DNA from: Asterias rubens
Taxonomy: Eukaryota
Direction: 5' to 3'
Assembly (NCBI RefSeq): GCF_902459465.1
Contig: NC_047080.1
Location: 11,532,001 to 11,596,000 of the forward strand
DNA length: 64,000 nucleotides
A program made the position numbers and the translations under genes. Under the pieces are notes generated by a model. That model had not been told where the DNA came from, did not search any database, and worked only from the letters and a program-made list of their open reading frames with translations. Below, one piece after another: positions 1 through 13,151 of this stretch (its first letter is position 1; every line of letters starts with the position of its first letter).

Positions 1-3000
1 TACAAACTAATCACAAATCAGTATGCCTTTCATCTCACAATTCATGGAAAATCTCATCAAGATTTTTAATTTTGTTTCATTCAGAGATTTTTTGTTGGAT
101 AAACTAACCATGTATCCTTTTCCTGAGCTAAATGAATGAAAGAAGTTACTTGCTAATTGAACAGGAAAAAAACGAAGGCTCCTTGGAAAAAAGTCTTTTG
201 AAACTGGAGATGACCAAGTCTTAATTCTGCCTCCCTTAATTAAATTACTGCAAGTTACCATGCGATGTGACAAGGTCTACCAATCAGCTACTCGGCAACA
301 ACGAGCTAAAAAAAGGTAAATTGACAAGGTGACCTGTACCAAGGATGACCGGTTACAAATCTTTATAAATTGTCAAAGTGGTCAGTTTTTTGTTTATGAG
401 CTTCAAACCTTTCCCCAAGGCCTAGTAAGTAATTTAACTTCTGCCTGGCGTGTCATGGCCAAGTGGTTAAGCACAATAAACTCAATCTCTGGTGTTTATG
501 ATCAGCTGATTGTAGGTTCAAGTCCCGGTCTTGACAGTTGGGTCCTTAAAATAAATCACTAGACAACTGGCCACAGATTACACACAATATGCTATAGACA
601 TAAACCAACCATATAAATTTTGAAATGGGAAGTCCTGGAAAAAAACACCTCCTATTTTTATTCGTACCTTACTGGAAGATATGTGCTCTATATATGAAAA
701 CCTTGATTAATATGTACTCATCATTTAAACATTTTGCTCTCCACACATTTATAAGTAATTCAAAATGAGCAACCATAATAAAACATATGGCTCATGTTAT
801 GAAAAATTATATTAAGTAAAGAGATATCAGGTTCTCTCGATGCAATCTCCCAAGGTGTTGCAATCAAAGACACTCCATTAAGTATAAGAAGGAGATGACG
901 AATATCTCCGCCCCATCCTGCATAGTTTTAATTGACACCTGGTTATCTGTGGTATCCTTCAAGACGACGCTCAAACCACAAATGCACCCAAAGCTATTGA
1001 TTTGTGGAAGTTAATTTAGTTACTACATTGTAGGTTTAGGGACAGAAGATTGCAAGGACGACGTAAGAGCAACCTTCAAATTAAAATTTATTTTGTTTGT
1101 AGCAGCTCTTAGGTTTTGGATTAAAACAAACTTACTCAGCTGGAGGCCTGAGGCTGTATTTATGGACACATTTATGTCAAAGAAACATCTCAGAAATTTT
1201 AAAACAGATAATCAAGCCCTAGCAATGGCAGACAGTTGAATAACTCTGCCTTTGTATATACATCCTGTTTTCCAACCGCACAAGGAATAATCTAAATTAC
1301 AAATGACCTTATGATAATCCATCTCAAAACTCATATGGGAGACAAATAAAAGAAATACAGAAATAAATATGAATAATGCACTCAATCCCAAGACAGTCAT
1401 ACAACTATGCAAACTCAGAAAATATAAATAACAAAAAGAAGTCGCATCTTGGTAATTTCAGACGTTGATGATTCTGAAGTTTGTTATATCATGTAACTTT
1501 ATCCCTTGACAAGAGCATGGTCTGAGATCAAGCTTGTTCAAATTATTAATTATTAATTTGACAGTGATTTATGAAAGCAGATGGGGATGTCATAGGTTAG
1601 TTCCCTAGAGAGATTGGTCAATGGCCGATGTGAATTTAACTGTGAATGTAAAATCAGCGACAATTACACCATTCCAAAATCTGAAGTTTGGTTAAGCTTC
1701 TTATGAGGAGATTTTGATTCTTTTGGGAAGAAATTTGTCTTCAGTGACAAGGAGTATTTAGTCAAAATTTTATAATTTCTTGAAAAGCTGGAAAGTAAAA
1801 AATATTGCTGACAAAATGTTGTTGCTAAATAGACCATTATCATGCTACTATCTTGGTCACGTACTCTGTATCCACTCAGTAATGAATGCTTTTGTATATT
1901 GTGAGTCGCCTACAACTCAGATAAGAATAGTAGGACTATCTCGAAGTACTTGTGTTAAAGCCTTTGAACCCTTTCGGTACAGAAAAAAACCAAAAAGTTT
2001 TTACAAATAATTTACAGGGTTTACAGAAGGTAGTGGTGAAAGACTTCCCTTGAAATATTATTCCATGAAATGCTTTACTTTTTGAGAAAACAGTAAAACA
2101 ATATCAATTCTCGTTAGCGAGAATTACGGATTTATTTTAAACACATGTCATGACACGGCGAAACGCGCGGAAACAAGGGTGGGTTTTTCCGTTGTTTTCT
2201 CCCGACTCCGATGACCGATTGAGCCTAAATTTTCACAGGTTTGTTATTTGATATATAAGTTGTGATACACAAAGTGTGGGTCTTGGACAATACTGTTTAC
2301 CGAAAGGGTCCAATGTCTTTAAGAGCCTGAAATAACAGCTCAAAATAACACAATCAGAAAAAGCATTGACATTAAGGTATGAACGCTACGACGTGAAATA
2401 TATACCTTTTCTGAAAAAGCCATTACTAAGTCAGATACTTTAGCTCCCAGATGTACATTAGCATTTTGGGAAGTTTTCAAATCCAATCACAAATTTCATA
2501 ATAAGATAACTGTTGCCCCTGAGGCAAAGTGTGGGCGAATGCTGGATCAAAAATCAAGAAACCAATTTCTGAGACAATTTCTGAGACATCCTGAGGGGCT
2601 GAGCGTCTTACAATGTGACTTGGACATGACGCTGGATGTTGACTCGTCTTGCATGTTGATGCACTTTCACAACAAGAGAGAACTGTACCATGCACTACTT
2701 ATAGCTTAAGGCATAGGTCAAACCATAGAGCATGTTTGTTAACATTTGCAACTGTAAAATTGGAACAGTAAAAATGCAAGTCAAGGTTTTTAGAGTTAAA
2801 TTTCCTTTGAGACTTTTCTTCTTTCAGCCTTGTCTTGACTTGAAAGATTATGCCCACCATGCCAAAACAACATGGTAAACTCTTTCTCTAAATGATGAGT
2901 GCGGGTTCTTTTAAATGCATTTTGCACAACACATTGGACCTATGGATTTATGTCCCATTCCAAGGTGTCTTGCTGTAAAGAGACACGTGCCACGACCGGG

Positions 3001-6000
3001 GCTTGAACCTACACCCAGTCTTTAAGAAAGACTGCATTTATATCGTCAGTCATTCTGATTGGTGAGGTTGTAAACATCTAAATCCATTGTTTTCCATTAA
3101 TTAGTTAAAGGCAAAGCACTATGTCTTTGACTAATCAATCACTTCCCCTGAAAGTGTACACTCCATTTCCCTTGACTGGTTCTAGAACCCAAAAATAATA
3201 AGAGCCAATTATATGATAACATTTGTCAGTACAACATGCTGTACAGAAAAAGTTATCAATTTTAAGAGTCCCTGCCTGTAAGAGGGTACCAAGTGGTGAT
3301 TCATGGGTTCTCAGATCTTCTTTTAAAAAATTAGAGTGATACATCATCATACCAAACGAATAAATCCAAAATCCAAAATTTTAGTTTGCTGACGCTTTTG
3401 GTTTTGGAGTTACCAGTTATCAAAGTTTCGGCCTAAAAGCCCTCGAGAAACGAATAGTACATTCCCTGTAAACACAAAAATGTGCGCCAAGGTCATCCCA
3501 ACAAAAGTGAAACATTTTTTGAAACCTAACATCATTGTCCTTTATCAGCAGTGCAGGTAATTACATGTAACTGCTGCAAGAGCGAGATGCTAATGTAACC
3601 AACAAAGTTCAATAAATGAATTATTTAGACTCTTCAAATGTCTATGCATCCAAGCACATTATTTTTGGCTTGGTCGCGCCTTATTTGCGAAGACACGACT
3701 GATGGATATTAAAGCTGGAGTTGTTGCATGCCTGTAACACTACAGGATGCAGTCACTCCAACATGAAAGAGGCGGTTTTATGTAATTTCAGCCAGGTACC
3801 CAATATCTTTCTACCTCAGCTGAACTTCTTAATCCCGGGACTCCTTGAGATGCCAGCCATACAGTCATTCATAGTTTACTGTGAGACTCAAACACACACA
3901 CTGAATAAATTATTCAATAACTGTATAGGAAGGCAAGCCAATTATGTGACAGAAACAAATGAAAACAGAATTAATGACATGTCAAGACAGTAATGCAGTT
4001 CAAGACTGTAACCGAATACTACATTGATATTTAATGGTGCCACAATAATTAGGTTGTCAAAGACACAGGCGAGCTGTGCTCATTAGGAGCAGAAAAATAG
4101 TCACTTTGGTTTTAAAGGTTGTTAAAAAAGCAAAAATGGCTCTCCCCATCATTAATTCAAGTGTTGCATTCTGGAAAAACATGGATTTATAACAGTTGTG
4201 TTAACATGGTTATTGATTTTAACAACTTACAGAAGTAAGTCAAGAATGCTTGTTTGACCGGCTGAAGAGAAGAAAACCTCTAGAAGGTTAGTAATCATAT
4301 ACAATTGAACATTGCATCAAACCCACCATCAAGTATAATCTTATGTTCAATATGCTCAGAAGAAGAAACTCCCATTTCATTTTTACAAATTGAATCCTTG
4401 CAACAATTGATACATCTCTGCACAGAGTGCGTAATTTGTGAACATCTCGCTGAAACTCTCTTCTGAAGGCCCCCACTATATGAAGCGATCCCACAAGATG
4501 ATTAAGACAGGTGGGCCTTCTATCGTGCCTCTATGTCAATAGAAGTAGAGCTAGAACACATCTTATTATTCAGAATAAAGTGTATAGCTGTTTATGTTAA
4601 TCTACAGTGAAGTTGCCGGGGTTACTTATTCTCTGTCAAGTACTATCTCCTGGGAAAGAGGTAGCCTGTTATTTGGTACCCTAGTAATGCTGTAGCCCCT
4701 GGCCCATAAAAGTATAAATTTTTGTTATCTTGATACCTTATGCAGCTGAAACTCCTCTTCAAAATTGATATTCAACAAATATTTTGTGTGATAGAGAACA
4801 TTCTGTGCAGCTTTTAATCTAGGTCTTTCTAGGCCCCTGACATACATGTACATCCAGCAAACGGCTGAAAGAAAATGGGTCAAGAAAGAACAGTCAGAAT
4901 TCACAAACGGGTCATTTCCGTGTACAGTCAACTTTCAAAGAACCCTTGAAGACTTTCTATATGAATGCGTGCTCAAGATGTAAGGATATGGAGTAAAGAA
5001 TTGTTGAAAATTTAATTAAAGTGCACGACCTACAGGTGTACCTGTCAAGTGAATTAAAAGGATGAGGTTTAAGATTGGGGGACTATATATCATCATGGGT
5101 TGGCTTTCTTGACCAATGCCTATAAAAGATCAATTAAAATGTCCAAGCTAAAGATGAGTTTTCAGTCGTGATTTGTTGTGACATCACACTTTGCTAATAG
5201 CACTTAAGATTGATACACAGGATTGACAGTTAAGATAATATCAATCTTAGCGTTTGTGAAATCGACTGGGTTACAATTCTATCACAACTGTGTACAAGAA
5301 TTGCCTGAAGCAAAACTCTGACAGTTACATGAAATAACAGGAACACCTAGGCCCTATTGCTATTGGAAGAAAACTGTGCCGCCGACTGATGATGATGATG
5401 ATAGATAAAGAATAATAACCTTAACACACCCAAATGAATCTTAGCGCTTTGTAAAACCATAGAGTAAAACGTCCATAATAAAATCCAGCCCTGTTCAAGT
5501 TTAATCCTGTTTTGAGTATTAATCAATCTATATTGGATTAAGAGTGGCTGTGACAACAACTGTGGTTAGATTGGTACAGTTATATGCTAATCTCCTTGAG
5601 CACCAAGAGATTAACTTAACTCTCTGTGCCCAAGTAGATTAACATATAGCTGTATCAATCTAACCATTGAGCAACATGATGTACTATCTCAGTATGTTAT
5701 CCTCAGGCCAAATCACATCAGTGTGGTTTAATCCTGTAAAGATTAATCTCTTTACTTCAAGAAAACAAAACAAAAATTTCCTGTAAATTTTTTTTTAATT
5801 TTTTAGACAGCTAAATTTTATATCAGCTCTTTTCCCTTGACCTACAAGTACTCTTTAAATTCTTTGGGTTATGTTTTTTATAATGGACAAATGCAAAATA
5901 TAAAAAATTAAAAAAATAGAAACAAGAGGGACTTCAATCTCTTTTTTAAATTACAAATCTAGAAAAGAGTATCAAACTTTTTATGAAATAAGATATCGTC

Positions 6001-6212
6001 CTCCTTTGACCTTTTAAAACATCTTCATAATAAAAGTAGACATGAATGATTTTGTCTTGTACAGCTAGAAGCAGTGGTAGGCCTACAAGTTAAAGACGTG
6101 ACAATTTCAATAAGCTGGCCAACTTCTATCGTTTGAGGGCACTAGACAGATAGTGTGAAGAAGCACATTGAAGGTTAACTCTTACTAACTAGCTAACATC
6201 ATCAGGTGAGAC

Positions 6213-6543
6213 CATAGAAACAGAACCCGGAGAACGCTGAGCTCGACCACCCTCTGTGTCGTCTGTGGACGCGGCGTATCAATACCGCGCAATACACGCG
6301 TATGGCAAAATTATCATCGTGTGACACGCGCGTATGGCAAAATGGCAATATGTCAGCGCACATAGACCATTTCTAGTGTTTTCATTGGTCAATGATGATG
6401 TCATTGTATGACAAAATTGTATGGCAAAATATTTTGCCATACACGCGTTACGAAAATGGCGTGTGCGCGTCCATAAAAATGGTCTCATAACGAAACCGCA
6501 CGCACAATGAGACACTCAGCGTTCTCCGGGTTCTATTTCTATG
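6213..6543. mobile_element. Non-autonomous DNA transposon with an 8-bp target-site duplication (TSD), hAT- or P-like
   Basis: TIR CATAGAAA[C/T]AGAACCCGGAGAACGCTGAG (one mismatch between arms). TSD GGTGAGAC at 6205-6212 and 6544-6551. Confidence 0.85.
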
Positions 6544-7382
6544 GGTGAGACCAGTGTACCCCCTCTATGAAATGATGTGACACACATCGGAGAAACAAGC
6601 CTCTTACAAGTACTCAAAGTGAGCCCTCTTGTGGAACAATGCCATCAGTCCACAAATTACCATCAGCTTAAGGGGCCCTTTTTAATCTGAAGATCTTGTA
6701 TCATTGGACTGCTGGGAGTGATCGATGTACAGTGAATGAGATGTTGATTTGATGCATTGCTGTATAATGCATTGCTGATGCAGTTAATGCATAACCAATG
6801 ACGTTGTTTATCATTGGATGAACGAATTGTTATTTGTACAAGCCATCTTCGCATGCACTTATGTCTGTCTTATCAAACAATGATCATTTGTCATTCACTA
6901 GTGGGAAAGTACACCATAATGTTGCATGCGCAAAGTGAAGATAGTGTCTACTTGACCTTATTTTGGACTGTTTCCAATGGTTAATATCCTTTCTTCACAA
7001 CTATACTTCCAACTTATTTTGACTGCATGTATGTTGTTTTCTTGTGTCAAAACGGCCACATAAATAACAATAATAACAGTGTTGTACATGTTCTACATCA
7101 AAAATGTTTCAAATTACCAATATCATCAATGGCAAAAATGGCTATAATGAGAATAAATAGCAAATCACATTTTGAGAAAAATGCAAACAGAGGTAGAAAG
7201 CATTTGAAACAAAGATCTCAGATCTATAATAAAATTCCCTTTAAACAAAACTTTTGATATAATTTAGTACAAATTTAGTACAAAAAAATTACTAGTATTT
7301 CTTATACCATTGCCAAACAAAGGGTCATTGACAAAAACCCCATGGTTAACAGATGGCTTTCCACTCACTGTTCTTTAACCAG

Positions 7383-7669
7383 TTAAAGGCAGTGGACACT
7401 ATTGGTAATACTCAAAATAATTATTATCATAAAACCCTTCTTGATACGAGTAATAGGGAGAGGTTGATAGTATAAAACATTGTGAGAAACAGCTCCCTCT
7501 GAAGTGACGTAGTTTTCGAGAAAGAAGTAATTTTCCACGAATTTGATTTCGAGACCTCAGATTTAGAATTTGAGGTCTCAAAATCACGCATCTGAAAGCA
7601 CACAACTTCATGTGACCATGGTGTGACAAGGGTGTTTTTTTCTTTCAATACTATCTCGACGACCGATTG
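7383..7669. mobile_element. MITE family A, truncated copy (other partial copies near 2041-2322, 9010-9310, 24010-24300, 46607-46740, 51322-51586)
   Basis: One TIR plus internal GATTTCGAGACCTCA...GAGGTCTCAAAATC sequence shared with the full copies. Confidence 0.75.
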
Positions 7670-9829
7670 TGATCTATTGCCATCTAACCATTAGTTAAAT
7701 TATTCCAAATAAAAAATTGAGGCCTAATTTTAGATTTAATCCTTAAAAAAAATCAAGGCCTTATTTCATATTTATTCCTAAATAAAAGTCATGGCCTATT
7801 TGTTTTGCTTTCAAGACGCAGGAAAAAGATGTTGTCAGTCAGCAGCCCAGAGATTTACACCTTAGAAATAAAAATCAGAAATTCAACCTGCCAATAAACA
7901 TTTTTTTGTGATAAAAGAAATACCACATATCTATTTTGCCAGCTGCCAAAAAATGTGGGTTAAAAGAAACTACAGCTGGAGGCGGGTTCTTAATATTACT
8001 TGTCAGTCTTCATTACATTCTCCCCTTCCCCTATACATTCTTGCAGGTGTCTGGCCTGCTATATATCCAAGGCTGGAACAAATAAAGATTGAATCAAAAG
8101 TGAGAAGTGACTAGCAGTTCCCGTTTTTGGAATAAAGAGGTATGGTCAACAAGAAAATAACAAAAATTCCATAATAGTACATGGTTTTCAAAGCATCATC
8201 AAGCTTAAAGATCATTCATTTCTGTGTAATCATGACTTATTCGGAATGTTTGGGGTTTTGGGGTTTTTTTTCTTTAGAGTTTCTGGGAAATCAATATAAA
8301 GATGAAATTTTGTTAAAACGGGAGGCATTGGAAATTAAAAATCAAGTCGTGACATTTACTTTGACCTTTTTGAAAAATGGTTAATAAAATTAACAATGTC
8401 TATAGGGCCTACATGTATTATGTAAAGATCAGGAATTAGATAGTTGACTGACAAACTACGTTTTATTCAAATACACAACTGTAAATAAAAATTGTTCTAA
8501 TTTTGTCGAAGACACGTTCTTGAATCAATTTCTAATGCAGTCACAAAGTCTTTGGAGAAATGTCTGGTATTTAGTAATTAAATTCACCAGACACTCTTGC
8601 TGCTCCACTACTAGACATCTTCATAATGCTTTCATTAAAGCACACGATCCACCCAACACCTTACCTATGAATGTAGTTTAATGAAAAGACATTTGCAAAG
8701 TCATATTCAATCTGTGTTTCCAATCCTCCAGGGTGACACAAAGTTATTAAATTCTGTTGTTATTAAATTCTTCCATGATTAGATTATAAAGAAGTTAAAC
8801 CCATTTAAAGCAGAGTGTAATGATTATTCCAAACATCTCAGTGTCACTTCTTTCCAGATTGTTTCTGATGTAAACTTCCCTTGTAACTTATTAAGGTTCT
8901 GTTACAGAAGTTTGATATGATAGAGCACTTCTTAAAATAAAAACTGTTTACAGTTATTTTCACAAATTACCTTTACATGTATCTTTGGGAATTAGTCCAA
9001 AAAAAGAATGACCATAAAAACTACTTGGTAAAGAGCACTGCAGAGCTGTTGATGTCAAAAACATTACTAGAATTTAAACCCTTTGAAGTAATGTAGTTAT
9101 ACAGAAAGAGGTACTTCAACCCAAAGATTTCAATCTGAGAAAAGCTTCAGGCATGAAGCCTTTCTCAAGTATCTGAAAGCACATTATGCAGCAAGAGTGT
9201 GTTTTCCTTTCTTTTTTTCTGCAGCTTTGATGTCCAAATGAGCCAAAGAGTTTCACATGTTTGTTATTTTATGGACTTTGACAATTACCAAAAGTATACC
9301 ATGCCTTTAAAGACAGAACGATCAGCCTTGAATACATGGCCTAATTCCATAAACCAGTAAAATGACGAGCAAAATTCTATGGATAGTTCGTGATATGCCG
9401 TACCAGCAACTTGGGTTCTGGCTTGGGCGGGACCTGCATTAAGTGTTCTTGGTTCACTGACCAATTATGCCTCAATGAATTTGATAAAATTCCCAGGTGC
9501 CTCTCGCAAGATTTACGCATAATGCACAGTTGTGCGCTCAAACATATGATTTATACTTGCCCGTAAAAGATAACAGAATAAACGGTGTCTAATACCAAGT
9601 GAGAACTATATCTGAAAAAAAAAAAAAGTGTAAATATCATCAAATCGTCTTTGAAAAAATGCTTCCAATTCGGTAAAAAAGCATTACCTAAAAAAAAAGG
9701 ATTTGCCATGGGCTCCCAAGTGGAAGCCCAGAAATTTATTATGTTATACTATACAAGGTCTGGCAAAATAAATCCATGAACAAGCTAATCACATCCTATA
9801 TTAAACATGGTGGCGCTGTAGATGTCCAG

Positions 9830-9949
9830 GGGTCGATTTCACAAAGATAATTCTATAACTTAGTACGACTCGTTGAGGCTAGTCCTAAGTTAGGACGAGT
9901 AACTAGTTCTAAGATAAAACTAGTCTTAACTCTTTGTAAAATCCAGCCC
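9830..9949. mobile_element. Short palindromic MITE-like element (fragment also near 42415-42455)
   Basis: GGGTCGATTTCACAAAG ... CTTTGTAAAATCCAGCCC termini and internal CTAGTCCTAAGTTAGGAC. Confidence 0.65.
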
Positions 9950-12787
9950 TGTACTTGTTCAAACTTCATTGACAAGATGGCTGGAAAAGTAATTTATCAC
10001 TAGTTCTTCCATCACGCTGGCGCTTGGTAGTTTTCTCAACCTTACTGGTTGAAGATTCATGTGATTGTTTCAGCAATAAATTAGTGCATGGTGCATCTGA
10101 TGGAATAATGTCCATGATTTGTACTTCAATTTGTCTCTTTAGAGCTTTAGCTCCATGATTTTTTTTTTTTTTTTTGTATCTATACTAGTATTACCATCTC
10201 TCTGAATGTCTCACGTCTCATAAAATAAATCTTCCCTCCCCAAAGCATCGTTTATCACCACAAAATGGAAATGTTTCTATAAATGGACACTTCCGACAAC
10301 TTGGCAAGACTTTCTGGTGCCACGGCAAACTTAAGGAATAAAGAAAATGAAAGTGCGATTCACAGGTCAACACTGCTAATCTCACAAGAAAAAACACAAG
10401 GGACACGTTCTAATGTCTTGTACGTGTACACACTTTATTGTCAAGTGGCAACGTGTGTGTAATCGCTAATAGTTTTCCTTTTCCTGCTTTGAAATAAAAC
10501 AAAACAAGGTTTACTTAATTGGTTATTATCACCGTCTGTGTGGGGTGCTTTCAAATATAAATGGGAGCCATAATGTTAATCTAGTATTTGGTGAAGAGTT
10601 TCATGCTACAATTTAAACAAAAAAGGTATGATAAGTGATTGGGAAAAAAACCTTAATACAGCTTGACCACTTTCACAAGTTGTTTTTTGTTTACTGACAA
10701 CAAAAGGTTATAAAGGAATGAAGTCTTTAACAACAACCCACCAAGTGATGATGATGTCACACCTTATCAGTGAGATGTACGTCAGTGACAGACACATTTA
10801 GCGCTTCAATTCTTTCCTATCGGTACAACTGTGTCAATTAAGGCGGTGCTTTTGCATAGGGTTTTACATGCGGAAAAAGACAATCACCATTCCCACAACT
10901 CTACTCAATCAAGTTAGTACAACTTGAATGATTGCGCTTTGGATGGTTGAAGATGATCTAGTTCACTGTACAAAAAGTAGATGTACGTTTGATCGCTGAC
11001 ATACTAAACTGTTGTCATACAATACGACTCTCTTAATATTTATGCATGACGTCATAATTCTCACCCAAAATGAGGCTATGGGCGCATGTCCCCCCTCGCT
11101 TGCAGTGGCTGCACCCATCACCTCGTTTTGAGTTAGTATTGTGACGTACCTCATGCATAAATATGAAGAGAGGCGTATGGCTGTCTATGTCATGGGTGAG
11201 AGTCATTGCTGACAAATAAGTATAAAACTAATATCAAAATTTTAGGATAAAATTTGAAATGATGGCATTTCCACCTTTTGATAGCCCCTGGAGTACAGAT
11301 TTCACAGAGCGCTAAGGAACAGTATCCGATCAGCACAGGAAAAGTAGATCGAAGAGCAGAATTTGTTTGACAAAATAACAGCTGATTTTCTTGACTACAG
11401 GCTGATGACAGATGAAAGACTGACATTTTTCTTCCCTGCTACATATGTAGAGTCTAAAAATTGATTCTCAGTATCCCCAGCCTCTTTTCTTTATCTGCCA
11501 AAGTCAAGACATTTGGCTGTCGGGAGGAGGGTTACCTTATCGCAACCAGACCTTTAGGTGACAGTCCCCATCTTCCCATTCACTCCTTAAAAGGTAACCT
11601 TTAGATGCTTCAGGTACATTAGTTAGCTATGTCCGGTACATGACATATCCAAACAGATGCCTCCTCTAGCCATCCATGATGGTACAACACATCAAAACAG
11701 GCTGCATGATAGTTGCTGACAGCACGCCATTAATATCCATGCACTTGCAATTTTACGCAGCTAATAATGCTTCATCACGATCCCAACGACCAAAGTGCAT
11801 CAACTCACTAATTTCCTGTCAAAATAATCATGGGTGAGCTTAACTGCCATTTTTGTTTGGGTCCTGAAATGTCACGAGACAGTTAAAAAAACAAAGGAAA
11901 TCAGCCATTGACAAATTAATGGGATCCCTTCTTGGTATCTCAGAGACTAAAGCCCCTTTCACACAAGAGCGCTTTAGCAAGGGTCCCTTGCTACATTGTA
12001 GCTTGATTGTAAAATGTTACAAAATGTTCCTCGTGTCAAAGGACAACATTGTTTCTATTCCAAGTTCTCTCGTGAAACATTGCTACAATTTCAACCATGC
12101 TCAAATAAAGCAAGGGACCCCGGATAAACTTCTGTCGTATGAATAAACACTCAAAACTCAATAGCAACTGTAATAATAATAATAACAATTTATTGAACTT
12201 GCGCTCTCTCCTGGACCAGCCTGTTCGAGAGCGCATAACAATTTAACACAATTCCAGTATATAAAAAAAATTATGAAAAATTAATTAACTGTAGAGCAAA
12301 CGCTGTAAATAAATCCACGAGTTTACCGAGCGAGATCAAAAATTGACCTTTAATCCTCAAGAGAATTGTGCAAAGATACAGTAAAAATACATCAACAATT
12401 TTTGGGGAAAAAAGAAAAAAGGATGCAGATTTGAAAAAAAAGTCATGAAGGTGGGACGATCAATTTGTTTTTTGCCTGGCCTTAAGAATATGAAGAAGAT
12501 TGCTTTATGAACTTTATGTCATTAATGCAGAAATGTGGTTTGATTGTATAGTACTGTTGTATCTTGCACAAAAGACTGAGGCTCTTTGATCCATTGGAAA
12601 ACAACCGCTTGAGCAAACCCTGGATAAATCTAGTTTATCGAGCTAGATCCAACATTGTTAAAGTTTCAAAGCTGCTGTTTGGGTGAAACCAAATTTTCAA
12701 TTGCACTTCAGTGCATAGTAATTTTGTTATCCAATAAACCTCAGACTGATTGATGACAAGGAAGGTCTCCTCACACTCCATCTCAAC

Positions 12788-13151
12788 TTAAAGTCACTGG
12801 ACACGTTTGGTAATTGTCAAAGACCAGTTCTTTCACTTGATGTATCCAAACATATGCATATATATAACAAATCTGTGAAATGTTTGTTCAATTGGTCATC
12901 GAATTGCCAGACAATAATGAAAGAAAAACACTCTCGTTGCATTACTTTGTGTGATTTAAGATGCATAATATAAAAGACTTCAGCTGAAGTCTCTTGTTAT
13001 TTGAGTGAGAAATTACATTTTTCTAAAATACTACGTTAGCCGTTTCTTACAATGTTTTATACTATCAGCAGCTCTCCATTGCTCCTTACTAAGTAAGCTT
13101 TTCTGCTAAAAATTATTTTGAGTGATTACCAATAGTGTCCAGCTCCTTTAA
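12788..13151. mobile_element. MITE family A, full copy in opposite orientation
   Basis: Same terminal inverted repeats (TIRs) and internal sequence as 27386-27772, with TTAA at both ends. Confidence 0.8.

Noticed and set aside
7399-7648. Recurrent short ORFs (e.g. MKEKTL..HEVVCFQM.DFETS) here and at 27402-27610, 51327-51560, 54828-55070
   Set aside because: They are translations of the same non-coding MITE family A in different copies and show no transposase motifs.
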